From: the human T2T-CHM13v2.0 reference genome, Homo sapiens
Assembly (NCBI RefSeq): GCF_009914755.1
Contig: NC_060947.1
DNA length: 64,000 nucleotides
Direction: 5' to 3' (one strand)
Shown here: one piece after another, positions 62,207-64,000 of the stretch
Layout: each line of letters starts with the position of its first letter
Position numbering within the stretch: the first letter of the stretch is position 1
The notes under the pieces: generated by a model
The model's database searches: none
The model's input: the letters and a program-made list of their open reading frames with translations, nothing else
What the model was told of the DNA's origin: nothing
Translations under genes and position numbers: made by a program

Positions 62207-64000
62207 AAGAAAGAGAAAGAGAGAAAGAAAAAGAAAGAAAGAGAGAGAGAGAGATGGAAAGAAAGAGAGAAAAAGAAAAAGAAGAAAGAAAGAAAGAAAG
62301 AAAGAAAGAACTTTTGCCTATCCAAAGACTCAGGAAAAATAAAAAAGAAAGCCAGCCCTCATAATGAGATACCACTTCACAGTTACATCTGTTGGAAAAA
62401 AAAAAAAAGGATAACAACAAATGTTGGCAAGGATGTGAGGCAACTGGAAGCCTTCTGCATTGCTGGTGGGAAGATGGAGCTGCGCGGCTGCTGTGGGAAG
62501 ACTCCTCTAAACGCTACACCTGGAGTCACCACGGGGTCCAGCAATTCTACTCCTGATTATAGACCCCAAAGAATTGAAAACTGGTGTTCAAACAACTGGC
62601 ATGTATCTGAGTGTTCAGCGCAGGGCTTCTCACAATAGCCAAAAGGTGGAAACAACTCAAATCTCCATCCACTGATGGACAGATAAACAAAATGTGGTCT
62701 ACCCATGCACTGGAATATTAGTCAGCCGTCAAGAGAATGAAGTACTGATACGTGCTACAACATTAGTGAACCTTGAAAACAGTGAAAGGAGCTAGACACA
62801 AAAGCCCACATATCGTATGGTCCCATTTATATGAAAAGTCCAGAAGAGGCAAACCCACGGAGACAGAAAGCAGATTAGGGAACGCCTGGAGCCGAGGCTA
62901 GGAGTGACCGTGTAGTGAGTCTGGAGGTCTCCTTCTGGGGTGATGAGAATGTTAGACAACCGGACAGAGGTGATGGTTGAACCACACTGCAGATGTACTT
63001 AATGCACTGAATTACATGCTTCCAAATGGTTAATTTCACATTACGTGAAATTATGTGAATTCTACATCAATTTTTTTAAGTAAGCCCTTGTCATAAATGC
63101 GTTTAATACAGTTGCTGCCTCAGCATCCAACTTTAGCAGTTGTACCCTGTCACCTTTGCCCTAGATAACACCCCTCCCTCCCTGTCATGTGATTGTTTGC
63201 GACATAGCCCACGTGGTCCTCGCCTCACTGACCCAAAACCCAACACATCCCACGGCTGCTGACCACGATAAGACCTAATGCTCAACACCAGAGTCATGTA
63301 AATCAGTTTCCTCCTCGTGCATGTTTTCTTTAAACCAGCCAATCCACAACCCCCGCAGGAAAGCCTGTGGGATCACTTCACACCCTGTGACCTTAATACA
63401 GGCACAGCCCCGGAAGCTTCCCCGCCCTTCCGTTCTGGGCTTCGCTGTTGCACAGCTGATGAGCTCAATCAGCTCCCTGCTGCCTCCAGACTTCCCCTCT
63501 GCCTCCCATCAGCACACCTAACATCTCTTCGATCTGAGTCATACATTTCTTTTTTTTTTTTTTTTTTTGACACAGGGTCTTGCTCTGTCACCCAGAATGG
63601 AGTGCAGTGGTGCAATCATGACTCACTGCAGCCTCAACCTCCCGGGCTCAAGGGATCCCCGCTCCCGCTCAGCCTCCTGAGTAGCTGTGACTACAGGCAC
63701 GCGCCATCACGCCCAGCTAATTTTTTGATGTTTTTGTAGATACCGGGTCTCACTATGTTGCCCAGGCTGGTCTCAAACTCCTGAGCTCAAGCAGTCTGCC
63801 CACCTCAACCTCCCAAAGTGCTAGGATTACAGGCGTGAGCCCCCACGCCCAGCCCATTTCTGCTGTTTCATGCATTTTCGTCTGCCTCCTCACTGTGGCT
63901 CCCCTGACACACACATCCGAACCTAACTTTCCCACGGGTCAGGGATCTCCTAGAAACTGGGTATCTCGGCTATGGCCACTCTCAGTAGAGACATGCCGAG

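Overview
Human (or near-human primate) Xq28 red/green cone-opsin tandem array. The window holds about 1.7 copies of a ~37.1-kb segmental-duplication unit (1..37114 recurs from 37115, nearly identical). Copy 1 carries M-class (green) opsin exons 2-6, with its exon 1 outside the window. Copy 2 carries a complete OPN1MW-type gene (promoter, 6 exons, 364 aa). On the minus strand, tail-to-tail with each opsin, lies TEX28. The intra-array copy has all coding exons (410-codon ORF intact) but no recognisable exon 1/promoter; the second copy shows only its last two exons before the window ends. The rest is dense Alu, old L1, MaLR/ERVL LTR and hAT DNA-transposon sequence. This is a well-studied locus and I see no convincing new biological system. 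The observations most worth checking are the intact 'pseudogene' TEX28 ORF, its start exon built from antisense L1 ORF1, the Alu-Alu 697-bp deletion, the duplication junction, and the exon-3 haplotype differences. Repeat subfamily names and boundaries are by eye and approximate.
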